A DNA stretch of 59,345 bases, the filler included, from Sphacelaria rigidula (Eukaryota): NCBI GenBank assembly GCA_964200075.2. It is 6 parts of 6 records of this genome, joined end to end, with 100 filler letters (N's around TTAATTAATTAA, not from the genome) between each part and the next. Parts side by side here need not be neighbours in the genome. Positions count along the whole stretch, not along the records: positions 1 to 9,808 come from CAXNAA020007715.1; positions 9,909 to 19,716 come from CAXNAA020007716.1; 4 more parts are not named here. The stretch is one strand, 5' to 3'. Both the position numbers and the translations under genes were made by a program. The notes below the pieces were generated by a model. The model made no database searches, had not been told where the DNA came from, and saw only the letters and a list, made by a program, of their open reading frames with translations. The number at the start of each line of letters is the position of its first letter. The first letter of the stretch is position 1. Shown piece by piece: positions 1 through 11,749 of the stretch.

Positions 1-1025
1 CCCCCCCCCCCCCCCCCCCCCCGTCGTGAAAGGGATCCGGGGTGAATGGCCAAACGCCCAAGGCAAGCAACAAAAAAGTCCCCCCCCCCCCCCCCCCCCC
101 CTCCACTCCCCCCCGCCCCCCACAACCGCATCACGCCCCTGATTCCCCTAGGGCTGAGCCTACATGTCGATGTGTCATTTGACCATATTTCTGCCGTCGA
201 CTACTGTAGGTATTATGGAAAAAGTCAAAACATTACAATCAATTTTGATATCAAGATTCGCCCAGGTTTCCTGTCGTTTTCGCAGGGTAAGGGAATACTT
301 TTGCACATGCAAAAATAAATGAAAAACAAACAAAAAAACTCACACACGCGAAAAACCGCGGCCCAAATCGAACTGCCTGCTTCGGCAAGTCAAGTGTGTA
401 TATGCATCCAGGAAAGTATATTTGGGATGCGGCGCGTACCTCTGTAAGGGTGTTATTCAATGCACAGGCCTTCCCTGCTGCTTCGTCATCGTATTATGGT
501 GTACATCCTGTTTTGGCACTCTCACACACGTCATGCCACGAAAAGAACAACGTAACCTCGCTCGCGGTGCCCTCCATTTTCAAAATTTCTCCAACTTCAC
601 GCCACGGAGAATTGATGAATTTCATCATGTTGTCATACTCAAAGCTCCTGTGATTGTCCCCACGGGGTGGTGCTCAGCGTCTAGTGCGGAAATGCGACGG
701 TCTGTCGGCTGATAGCAGGGGCACGCGAGCCTCGGCCAAGTGCTCCTCTCCTGGGCGCATCTCGATGGAGCCTTCGTCGGTAACTCGGTAGGCCTGGGCA
801 TTTATCGTTCCCGCAATCGCCTGTGCAGTCAGTGACGCGCACGGTGGAGAGGGACGTTTCCATTTTGAGCCGTACGTGCAAAACCATATCTTGGAGGATG
901 TTCAAGTTCTATATATAGTCATATCCTGGCGGGTGTACTCCATCGGCCTCGAACTTTTTTTCTTGGGGCAAGGGCACTCAGATGCTACCGGTATCTAGCT
1001 CCATGCTTCCGGTGTTGGACACCCT

Positions 1026-1310
1026 ACTCTGCTGTGATTGGTCACTTTTACTCTACAGTTTTCCATCATTATTTTTGGCACCCCCAACACAGCGTGAACT
1101 ATGCTGCAGGGTAATATGTTGGCCCCACTGATTTCCATCAACGTCCCGAGTACAGTGAAGTGGTTGAGAGCGCGGTGTTCCTTCCCATCAGAGGGGATCT
1201 CAAGGCAAAGGATAATAGGTACCTCCAACACGCACACATGAGGCAGTGTATAAGCCGTGACTGTCTCTGGAAACTCTGCTGTGATTGGTCACTTTTATTT
1301 TACAGTTTTC
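1026..1310. repeat. 38-nt direct repeat pair bounding a ~210-nt spacer
   Basis: ACTCTGCTGTGATTGGTCACTTTTA(CTC/TTT)TACAGTTTTC at 1026-1063 and 1273-1310. Confidence 0.85.
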
Positions 1311-2158
1311 GGTAGATTCACCTACGCAGCGATTGAGGAACACGGGATTTGATCACGCACAGCGAATCTGCAGCGGCGAGCAGTACCACTGGCGGATGAT
1401 TGTTTTCATATTTTGATGATGCACTACAGCAAGCATACCAAGATGGGCCGTCATCGCATAAGCCTAGCGTAGCCTAGCATGGCCTAGCCTAGCACGTCCG
1501 AATGGGCGTGCGAAAACCGGGGCACATAATATGAGCAGTTTCGCACGAACAGCGCGGACGACGCAGCCTTGGCACTCCGACATGTATAAACACCACGTTT
1601 CTCGTCATGCGACGGGATGAGGTGCGGGGTGAAATACACCATATTTTAGGCAGAAATGCGCTTGCTTGCACAGAGGGGACATACTGCCGGCGGCAAAAAT
1701 AGTGCCCCGATAGCTGCCAACACGACGAAGTGCGAGGTTCTTGCAGAGAGGACAATGATCGCCGGTCTGAGTGACCGCTGGAATGCTGCTGAGAGCACGG
1801 ACATGTTCGCCATCCTGTTTATACTACTGTGAAAAGCATTGGAATGGTGTCAGAACTACAGGTGACACAAGATCGATGCCACGTACCACGAGACTGCTTC
1901 TGTACTAGTAAAACGCGTGATTTTATCTCATCATGATCACCTGTCTGCTAGGTATAGGGTGACATCTTTGCAAGGTATAGGCATGTTACATCAACACCAG
2001 GCGCTTAGATACAAGCAGCAATCATAATGAGTGACATCGGAGTTTTACACCTACGGTACACCAGAGAGCCGCATTGATACATACTACTTAATTTGGCTGG
2101 GCAGTTCTCGTCATATCGAGAGCGGTGAAGTCCTGTTCCTTGGAGGGAAAAAACTCAC

Positions 2159-5100
2159 CGGGAAGATCTGGGGGAGAGTCCCCTGTCCTGCTGAACGACG
2201 ACTCCTTGACGTCTTGACGGGGGAGTACGGCTGGGTCGGCGTTTCAGCTTTTCCTCTCTGCGGATAGTACCGAAACATAACATGCAAACCGCGAAGAAAC
2301 AGATTATGAGAAAAACAAGTAAACGCAATCGAAGCAGCGCACGAGATGTCTTGCTCCCTCATCTTCTGGCTTGGCGGGTCCGAACAAAATGCGCGGCCAT
2401 TGAAGTGAGACCATGGAGACGAAACAATTTTGCTTCACTTTGGAATGTTTTCATCACAATTTTGTGTGATATTTCGGAACATGATGTTTAGTGTTAAGAC
2501 CACGGATATGACTACATCTTGAAAACGACAATTTCTCATTGCGCCGTTAGATCATGGTTTCGTACTGTACGTCTACCATGTCACCACGGCTGAATCCCTG
2601 GGGGGTCAGTTGTCGGTTGAGTGCGACAATCAATCACTCAATCAATCGAATCAAGTATGTGTCTTGTTATTTGCGTGTAAATTGTGTCACATGATTCCTT
2701 TTTCGATTGCGAGTTTCGTTTTACAAACCAAGTTCCTCTTTTTGTGCGTCTTCCGCGACGTGTGGAATCTGCAGAGCGATCCACCTCCCACCTTCCTGAG
2801 TCCCTTTTATACGCGTATGCTTCCGCGTACACGGTACAAGCAAGGAATCAACAACGATTCCAACCGCATATACTCATACCGTGCACCATATGATCCTCCA
2901 TGAGTTTTTTTGAGTGATTTCCGCTGTGGAAATCAAGCCGTAGATAGGAGCGCAGAACTGTGTGAGTTTCCGAGAAAAAGTCACGAACAACAAGGGCAAA
3001 CAACACACCATTCGCGACCAAAACTCTTGCCTTCTCAAGCACGACTATAATAGGAAGTTTGCGTTTCAAAGTGCTGTGTTTACGGAGCCCATCACTTCAT
3101 GTGACGAAAAACACACACACAAAGCGACGGGCTGCGGGAGAATGGCCCATGACCTATAATATTGACTGGCCCACAACAACGTTTTCCCCCCTCCGCCACA
3201 CTTTCAATCCCTCCCCTGTCTATGGATAGAGCCCATGGTCTCGAGGAATCAAGCGATCTCTCCCCCAGTACACGCCTCCTTACATTCTGGTCTCGCGGAT
3301 TGGATCATGACCAAAACTCGCACGGCGTCGGCACCGGTCATTTTTTGTTCTCGACTAGTCACATCCTGATGTTTTCGAAGATGTTAGTCAGAAACTTGTC
3401 GGGGAGAAAAAAAGGCATCTGGCGGGGCTCGAACCCCGAGGCATCCCATCCTTCCCACCTAATTGGTTTCACTTCATACCAACTTTCAATTCGAGCACCG
3501 GGGCGCGGCGGTGAGCAATTGACAGGCCGCAATACCGGGGGGGGGGGGAGACACACACGCATCCGGGTGGACTAATCTTTCACGGCCTACGGACTCCCCC
3601 TGAAGCAGGGAGAGGCCGTGAGAGGCGTCAACAGCTGGAGCAAGACCACCATCAACGCTGACAATGACAACGATAGTGACAACGACAACGACGGCATGTA
3701 CCTTAGTCGCCTCCCATTTCCTGTCCAAATTCCACTCTTCCATAGCTTTCGTGAGGTTCCAGTCGCTCTCCTCCAGGTAGAATTTCGCCTCTGCCTCACC
3801 CAGGTAGGTCATGTTCCGGAATCTCTGGAGTATGATATCCGGCGTCTGGGGCTCAGGGGCCTGCGGAGTCACTCGACGATGAGAGAGAGGGGGGGGGGGG
3901 CGGGGACGGGCGTACTCATTTGTTGCTTGCCTTAGTTTTTTTACCATTGACCACGCATCCCTTTCGAGACGGAGCATGAGAGAGGGGGGGCAGAAGGAAA
4001 TGTCATCAGCGTTCCATAGAAACACTCACAAAAATGAATGCAACAGACGGCTACGAACGCACTCCAATGGTCGTTGCAAGACACTCGCACCGAGAGCGTG
4101 TAAGTGTATGTGATGCCCACGAGTATACAGGACTAAAAGGTACGTTTGACTTCAACGCTTGGTGCGTTTGGTCCACTTTTGAACATTGCGGAAATTTTCT
4201 GGGGACAATGGAACACGGAGATGACTGCGTATGTTCGTGGTGTGAAGGAAACTGCATACGCACAAAATAGCGAGGACGGATTCTCGCCAACAGCGGGACA
4301 CGACGATACACGAAAAAAAAAGCATGATGAACGCGGGAAAGCTGGAAGCAACAAGACCACACCAAAAACAGTCAAGCACGATGGTCACCTAAATAAAATT
4401 AAATAAAACAGCATTAAAACATTGAATATTCCACAAGACGGCGTGTAGCCACGACCCTCTTTGAAGGAAGGCTTCCTGTGGTCCTGTGGTCATGTGGCAA
4501 TGCTCAACCTCGACAACAACACAAAAAGGCCCACGAATCCCGCCTCACGATATCGCAGAGTCGGTCGTCTGCCAAATTCTCGATGCAGTCATTATGAGTA
4601 CAAGCCGGCCCACGTGTGCCCTGACTGTAGTATATAGTATGTAGTATATCGTACGTAGAGCACCGACGTAACAAGAGAAGCACCACGTCACACCAAACAG
4701 CGGGCACAACTCCCCGGCAGGTGCAATTGAGGAACAAGTACAGACTAATACAGAGTAAAGGTGACCGCCGGATTATGATGCGTTCGGGGGAGAACCCTCA
4801 GCAGAATGCCTTCGAACGATTCGCCGCGACGAACTCCTGTTCACTTCACTACATCCATGCGTATGTTCTTGTGTCTGAGTCCAAATTGACACGGCGAAGT
4901 GAGCAACCTGGATGACTTCAGTCGGTGATCTGCTGGGCCCAAAAAAAACTTGAAAAAAAAAGGTTGTCAGGTTAACGTCAACAGGCCTGATATCGCCCTG
5001 GAAACGCTCGTTCCCGAAGAGGCTTCCCCGTGTCAGTCGGTCATTCTCCAAAGCGTCATACCTTCCTCACTGCGGCCAGTCTGTTGGGCACGATAAGCGT

Positions 5101-6868
5101 GTGGCACAGGCGGAAGTGATCCCCAACGAAATCGTTCAGCTGACGAAGCTCGCGAGCCTTGACCTGACAAAACAAAACACCACACGGAGCGTGCAAACCA
5201 CAGATGGCAGTAGTGACATCTGAGAGCTGGAGCACGATACAGACAGGTCGATATCCTGGAGGACGTACTGATCTGCAATCTATGATCTGTCTCTCTGTGA
5301 GGCGTGTGATAGCCTACCGGATTCAGTGCAGCAGAGATTGCAACAAGCGCACAAACATCAGAATGTGGGAGATTACAGACGCTACAGTGCATCCTTCCGA
5401 GTACCTGTGAACAAGAAGCGATGAGTGTATTGCGGGACACCTTACATGGCGATGAAACAGAATCAAAGGACGCAATTTGGCCAGACCCTCTCCACTATAT
5501 TTTATCTCATGTATTACTAACGTCGCGCTAGAACATCCACTTCATATCCATATAATATCGGAACGCGATGGCAACACCAATATCTTCGCCACATATTGTT
5601 CGTATCTCATACACATTCAGTCAAAGCAGCAGCTGCATACGGTCATCACATGAAAAGACGAACAAAATCATAACGCAGTGCTGGACCATGCACACTTCAC
5701 CACAAAACCGCCAAGCTGTAACCATCATCTACGGAGCGAAAAAACAAAATCAATTATGTGAGATGGCCATACTCTCTGACGACGACACAACAGTAATTAT
5801 TCATCCGATGTACTTTAACTAGCAGCAACCAGTCATCAGTGGTTCTAGTTGGGATGGAAAATCACGGTACAGACAGCAATGCGACTTGACTGAACTGTAG
5901 CTCATCTTCGGATATCTCGCGCACTCCACGACGACGGTCGGTAAGTGATGTTGATTTTACCTTGTATCGCATGCAAATACCGGTCATGGTGTCCTCGGGC
6001 ATGACGGGGTGCTCCAGAAATTCAGGAGCCGTGTTATTCTCATCCTCTGCATGGTCATTATCCATCATTCGGACATTGGGACAACGTGAAAAAACAAGGG
6101 AATGCACCGCCAAATTTACTTTGCACGTTGAAGTGAAAGTGGTAACAACAATGCACAAAAAACATACTTCATGACTCAACCTTTCGTTATCGCGTGTTGA
6201 CCGTTTCAGCGTGCTTCTTGCTCCAAGGATAAAATGCAACACACCAGACTACACCAGTAGACGGTGTTGCAAGAACATGGCAAGAAGGCGCCCTCCGCGG
6301 TTATAGTGACAATGTGCACTATTGTTAACATTAATGTATCATAACGAGCGTGGCTCATTGTCACAACAACGGCAGAGGATTCAAGGGAAACTAGAATTTC
6401 GAGTCACACACAGCGACGAGCACTTGCTCGTCAGTTTTGCAGTGATTCCAGGAGAGAAAAATACTTACACCCTTGCTAGGCCGATCAATATATTATCCGA
6501 GAAAATTTTACGGTCAGAATAACTCGAGGAGGGAGCGGGTCTCAAGGTGTCTTTCGCTGTAACTTTCAAATGAGTACTCCAACAGCAGCCATTGCTACAT
6601 GTTCCACTACACCAGACACACTGCTGGCTGAAGAGCTAAATGTTTTTGAGGCCATGGAGACATGCACGCGGTGATAGACACGTTAACGGACATCGTACTT
6701 ACCGACGTACGCCGCGGATTCGACCCCTCCATCGGTATCTTTGTTGATACGTATTTTCCTGAGTTCCCACGATCCGTCATCATGTCTTCGCCACTCCAGC
6801 CCGTGCGGGGGGCGCTGTAGCGGCTTCTTCAGCTCCCGAGTGTAGTCTGCTCGTCGTCGTCGTTGCAT
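2159..6868 (-). CDS. Spliced gene: LysM domain plus C-terminal UBA-like domain protein (3' end uncertain)
   Basis: Phase-consistent GT-AG exons on the minus strand: 6868-6703, 6046-5961, 5163-5062, 3860-3702, 2257-2159. The joined translation contains EHPVMPEDTMTGICMRYK|VKARELRQLNDFVGDHFRLCHTLIVP, matching the LysM pattern HxVxxxDTLxGIxxRYxVxxxELxxxN...LxVP. It also contains ILQRFRNMTYLGEAEAKFYLEESDWNLTKAMEEW, a UBA-like three-helix pattern. A possible terminal exon starts at 1814 (low confidence). Confidence 0.8.
2585..2650 (+). repeat. 3' tail of a dispersed retroposon-like repeat ending GTGCGACAAT(CAAT)n
   Basis: The same CCCTGGG...TCAG...GTGCGACAAT(CAAT)n end recurs at ~17835-17885 and ~55485-55561. 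Confidence 0.6.
3200..3500 (-). mobile_element. tRNA-derived SINE-like repeat (family B)
   Basis: Minus-strand B-box GGTTCGAGCC at ~3425-3434. The body (TGGTCTCGCGGATTG...) is shared with copies at ~11245-11710, ~39165-39440 and ~49300-49438. Confidence 0.6.
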
Positions 6869-7758
6869 TTTTCACATTTGCCACGTTCACCACATCCGCC
6901 ACAGAGCAGAGCACAGACAGTACGGTAAAGTTGTTCGTATTGATGCACAGTCGACCAAAATTGTACTCTGCACCCGCAGTAGTCGTCATATGTGGAGGAA
7001 GAACGTGAAAAATAAGGGAGTGCATTCACTACAACTTCAGTCCTGACTTCGTGCGGAGCGACTGTAGCCTGCTCGCAAAGGGTGCCGTGTATGTAAGGCC
7101 CAAGTCAACGCGTCTTTATATCAGACTGCTTTTGTGCCTTGCAGTATGCCTTATGCCGTTGCGCCGGGCGCAACATCCACGGCTTTACAACAGAGGTGTG
7201 CTGTCGAGTATTACTTGCCTTACAGTTTGTCTCAATCTATTCCAAAGATCAGGTCGAAGCACGTGATTTAAGTATACAGCACAACATCAACATTAGAGCG
7301 GAAAAGGACAGCACAGTGGTTTCGTCTGTGATCTGTGATCTAGAGGGTACAGTACAGGGTGAAAAAATCGTCTGAGAGGAAAAAAGTGATAAACTTTGAG
7401 GGTTTCCGAGTGCGGAGACGAAGTGCGGAGACGACAAAATATAATAACTGGACGGTCCGCATGACATGCCTCTGACCTCGTACAGAAGCGGCACGATGCA
7501 ATTCAGAACACCAAATTGGGAAAAGGCTTGATTGATGTCTCCATTCGTCCAGACCCTGAACTAGAGTGCACTGCATTACACTGCTTCCTATCGCGGTAAA
7601 AATAGGAGCTGGACTGTGGCCCCTACAATTGAGCACCACTTCGCTCCCGAATCCATGACAAATACTCATCATTACGACGGAATAGTCTCCAATCTCCCAC
7701 TTGCTAAGAGCAGGCCAGGTCCTTAAACTTCGCCAGTTAGTGTCCTAATATCACTTGA

Positions 7759-8750
7759 TTCTTAGACCGCGGTGCGGGTAGTCCATCTGGATCACGCATA
7801 CTTTTTTTAAGTGGATATTTATGCCGATTCAGCAGGTGACCTACTCTCGCGGTCAAGGGGTTAACCCTTACCCCGCGAGGGCAGTCCATCTGGATCGTTC
7901 ACTCTTTTTTCAAGTGAAATTAATGCCGATTCAACAGATGTCCTACTCTCGCCGTCAAGGGGTTAACCCTCAGACCGCGAGAGTAGTCCATGTAGACCAT
8001 GTACAATTTATTCTAGTGAAATTGATGTCAATTCAACCGATGACCTAATTTCGTTGCGTAAGGGTTACCCCTTCGACGACGAGCGTCGCCTCGGAACAGT
8101 TGTACAGGCTGACAGTCCCGAGACATCCGGGGGTTTCCAGGGCTCGGGGAGGGTGGTTTTTGATGTGGGGGAGGGGGGGGGTCTCTCCGCGGAGCATCGG
8201 AGAAGCTCACGGAGTCAAGCATGTGTGTTTGGAAGTTTCTCGCGGAAATTTATGAGCCGTGCACGAGGCCCGAGTGGCGCGGCATGACCATTTTGACCAA
8301 TCACGGTCGTCAAAATGAGCATTTTGTTCTGGGAGAGGTAGACAGCTGGTGGACACATTCGCCGTCTACCCTCAAATCTCATTTGCATCATGCCAGTCAA
8401 CCATAAAATACATAACCCAAAAACAGGGGTTTGAGCATCTTCGGTACACTGTGTCTGTCTGTTCAGTACTGCCTGATCGCCCCACTAGCTCCACACCTCC
8501 ATCTGGTGTAAAACGACATGGCGCAACACGCGAGCGGCGGCCACGAGTGCCCTACGCACGCAGATGTAGACAAGTACTTCGATGGTGAGGCGACCGCCAT
8601 CGCCGAGTAATTGCTCTACGGCGGAAGGGACCGGGAGTGCGTAAGAGGCACGTAGAGTAGGCGTTTTGAGTTGTGACAAAGCGATGATTCTGAACCCAAA
8701 CAGTGGAATGTCTACCTCAGTGTACCAGCGGGGGGGTCGCCGTCTAAGGG
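7759..8750. mobile_element. Array of TTAA-flanked piggyBac-like MITEs: three ~98-102-bp units plus one 682-bp element with related ends
   Basis: Units at 7759-7860, 7865-7962 and 7967-8064 each have TIRs close to CCCTTAGACCGCGAG...CTCGCGGTCTAAGGG. They are separated by single TTAA (7861-7864, 7963-7966) or TTAC (8065-8068) tetramers. Element 8069-8750 begins CCCTTCGACGACGA and ends TCGCCGTCTAAGGG, followed by TTAA. Confidence 0.8.
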
Positions 8751-9808
8751 TTAAGGGGCTATCATGATTATTACTTGAAAACTGACCCGACATGACAGCT
8801 AATGTATGCGCGTGCGTGTGTTCGTGTGCAATAGAGTGGCGTTTTGGGCTGTACTATCAAGAGGTCAGTCGACGAATGCGTTCATCGCCTCTCTGGCCGT
8901 GAGGTCAAGGGTGGGCTGTATTTGCTCTTGTTGATTACATCAATGGTATGAATCTTTCGAGTACAGGGTTATCAATATAAAACCCTTTTCCGTCCGAGAA
9001 CGCCTGTCTGTCGACGTTTCTTGAAGGAAGGCCGCGTTTTTCAATTGGGTATTGAAATTTCTTCAGTTTGTAGCCTTTCACACCGTTTTTGATCTCAACA
9101 CATCTTCAACACATGTCTTGGACATATTCATGGGACAAAGTCCATCACCACCCCTTGGAGAAGAGCCTGGACCAGTCTGCCTCTTCCGATTCGCTGAGTT
9201 CCTAGAGGTACACTTCACATGTTTTTGCCAAGACTTGACGGGACATGAAAAAATGAGGTGTCTGCCGTGATGCAAAATCTTGAAATCACCTTTACGATTT
9301 CCCATTTCCACGTGAATTTTTGACAGGTGGCAAAGAATTGGAGGCCAGCGAATCGGAGAGAAGTACGCCATGCTTTTGATGCGTCGTGTCCAACGTCGTG
9401 TCAACACATGTGCTGGATATCGTTTTGGGGTTCGAGGTCAAGAACGAAATAAACTACGAACGCCAAACCTAAAAAACGATCGATTCTCCGTATCCCGTAT
9501 GAGGGGGCTGACGAAATCGATCATCAGTTTGACTTGAAAAATGAGTGTTAGAATCACAGCTTCCATCTGCCGGCGCTCTAAACGGTAAGTAAAGAGCCCT
9601 TGAAATCCCTGATCATCGCTTGACCACGACGATTTTTGGAATCTTTAGACCCACTTTTATGGCAAGCACGAGTCTTGCTTTTTTGAAAATTGGGGGACGC
9701 ATTTTATGGACACGGGTTTGGACCACATCGGGGCCGAAAAAATCGTGGGAAAACCGTTCCGAGATCGTGACTCCCCCGATTTTTTTGAGGTGACGCACGT
9801 GCATTGAC

Positions 9809-9908
9809 NNNNNNNNNNNNNNNNNNNNNNNNNNNNNNNNNNNNNNNNNNNNTTAATTAATTAANNNNNNNNNNNNNNNNNNNNNNNNNNNNNNNNNNNN
9901 NNNNNNNN
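9809..9908. other. Artificial linker (N44-TTAATTAATTAA-N44)
   Basis: Identical 100-nt block with stop codons in all frames, recurring every ~9908 nt. Confidence 0.98.
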
Positions 9909-10020
9909 TCGTGGGCCCACACGCGGCCCCGCCCGCCCCACCCCGGGCCCCCCCCCCCCCCCCCCCCTCCGGCTTTTTTTTTTCCATCGCCACGGTGGTC
10001 CATCGGTTGGTCGGCCGCAG

Positions 10021-11711
10021 ATGATGACCCAACGAAGGGCGGATGAGCTGTACCAGAAAGAACTCACGAAATACAACGAAGACAATTCTATGCTTGCCCA
10101 CGCGGCTAAGAATGAACGCAGGTGTGCTTAACATTGAACAGTGCGTCTCGTACCCGAAGTCACCTCCCGTCATGCACGGTAGGGCAGCACCCCATCGTGA
10201 CGTTGTTTTACAGTATCAAGAGGCTAGAGTTATATTCGCAAATTGCAATACAGCCTTGATGATAAATGATCCCTTCTGTTGGATCGCCATCGTCCTTTTC
10301 CTCATGGAAGAGGGGGGCAGAGATGGTTGTTCATAGGCGCGGGATTTTGAAGGAAATAACGTGCCTTTGGCCCCCCTTTTTTCCCCTTGGGTTTTCGGCA
10401 TGGCGTGTATGGCAGGGTATGAAAAACATCGTACAGTTGGTATTTTTATGATTTGCCGTCTGATTCCACTGTAACAGAGATTGCAAGGTCAGCTGCAAAT
10501 ACTGTTATTCCATATGAGATATCAAGCGTGCTGTATGGCGTATGCGTCTCGCTACTCTCTGAGTCAGGCAGGAACACCGACGGCTAGTCCAACAGTCAAA
10601 ATAAAAATGTTGGCAGGCGCGTCAATCTATTCCAACTCATCATTACAAGGGTCGGAGGAATCGCCGCTGGTTCAAAACACCAAACATCCACGATTTCTGA
10701 GGCCCGATTGCTCGACAGGGAGAAGAAAGTTGACCGCGGGTCAAAACAGTCTCTAGGCGAAGTTTACTCTATGTATCACGTGCCTGGAGTGCTCGCACGT
10801 TCCTCGTGTGGGTGCAGTGCGGTGCTGACAACAAAGGCAAAGTAATTTTCAGATAAAGAATGATTCGTGCGATCTTTGCATTTTTCGCACTAGTTAATTT
10901 GTACCCGCTATGGTCGCCATGATCCAGGCTCACGTTCCAGCGCCGTGCCAACAGTTTGGCTCAGGTCACGGCTGAGGAATCCGTGCAAGCTCAACGGGCG
11001 CAGCAACAGGTACGGCTGGTGATACGTTACCTACGCAGTAGAAAAACAGATGGTGTATAGTACGAAAGCACCATTTGGATAACAACTGACAGAAATCAGA
11101 GCCTTTCCCTTCCGCCGTCCTTCTGATATCTCACGCACGACGCGGGTGGTATTACCCTGTTGATGGCCACACGTACCTGCATCCAAGCATTTCGGCTCGT
11201 AATCGCCCTCTCTCCAAGGATTTTGTTTTTTGCGCATCGCTTTCTCACCCCTCCCCTTCCTCGGGGCGAGTCCATGATCTGTCTCAAGGGATCAATCAAT
11301 TCACCTCTCCCCCGCTATCTCTTCGATAAACTTTTTTTTTCCTTCTATACGTCTTACTTCTATTCTAACCTCCCTTCATCGGGACGAGCTCGTCGTCTCG
11401 AGAGGTCGTCAACCGACATTTCTTCCCCCAAGTATACACGCCGCTTAATATTTCGGCATCGCGGATTGATTGATTGATTGATAGGTTAATTGATTGATTG
11501 ATTGGATCATGACCACCACTCCCGTCCCGCATCGATGCTCGTCAAATAAAACTCGGTCGAACAACTCACGCTTTTTTGTACTCACGTTCTCACGTTCTCA
11601 CGCTGCCATCCACGGAAATAAGACGCCTCACACAAGGAAATATAGACGCGCATTTGGCGGGAATTGAACCCGCGCTTTGTCCGATCCGCTGGTGCTGTCA
11701 GTTGTACCAAC

Positions 11712-11749
<38 letters not shown>

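Noticed and set aside
9853..9864. TTAATTAATTAA as a biological TTAA target motif
   Set aside because: It is embedded in fixed N runs at regular intervals, so it is an artificial linker.
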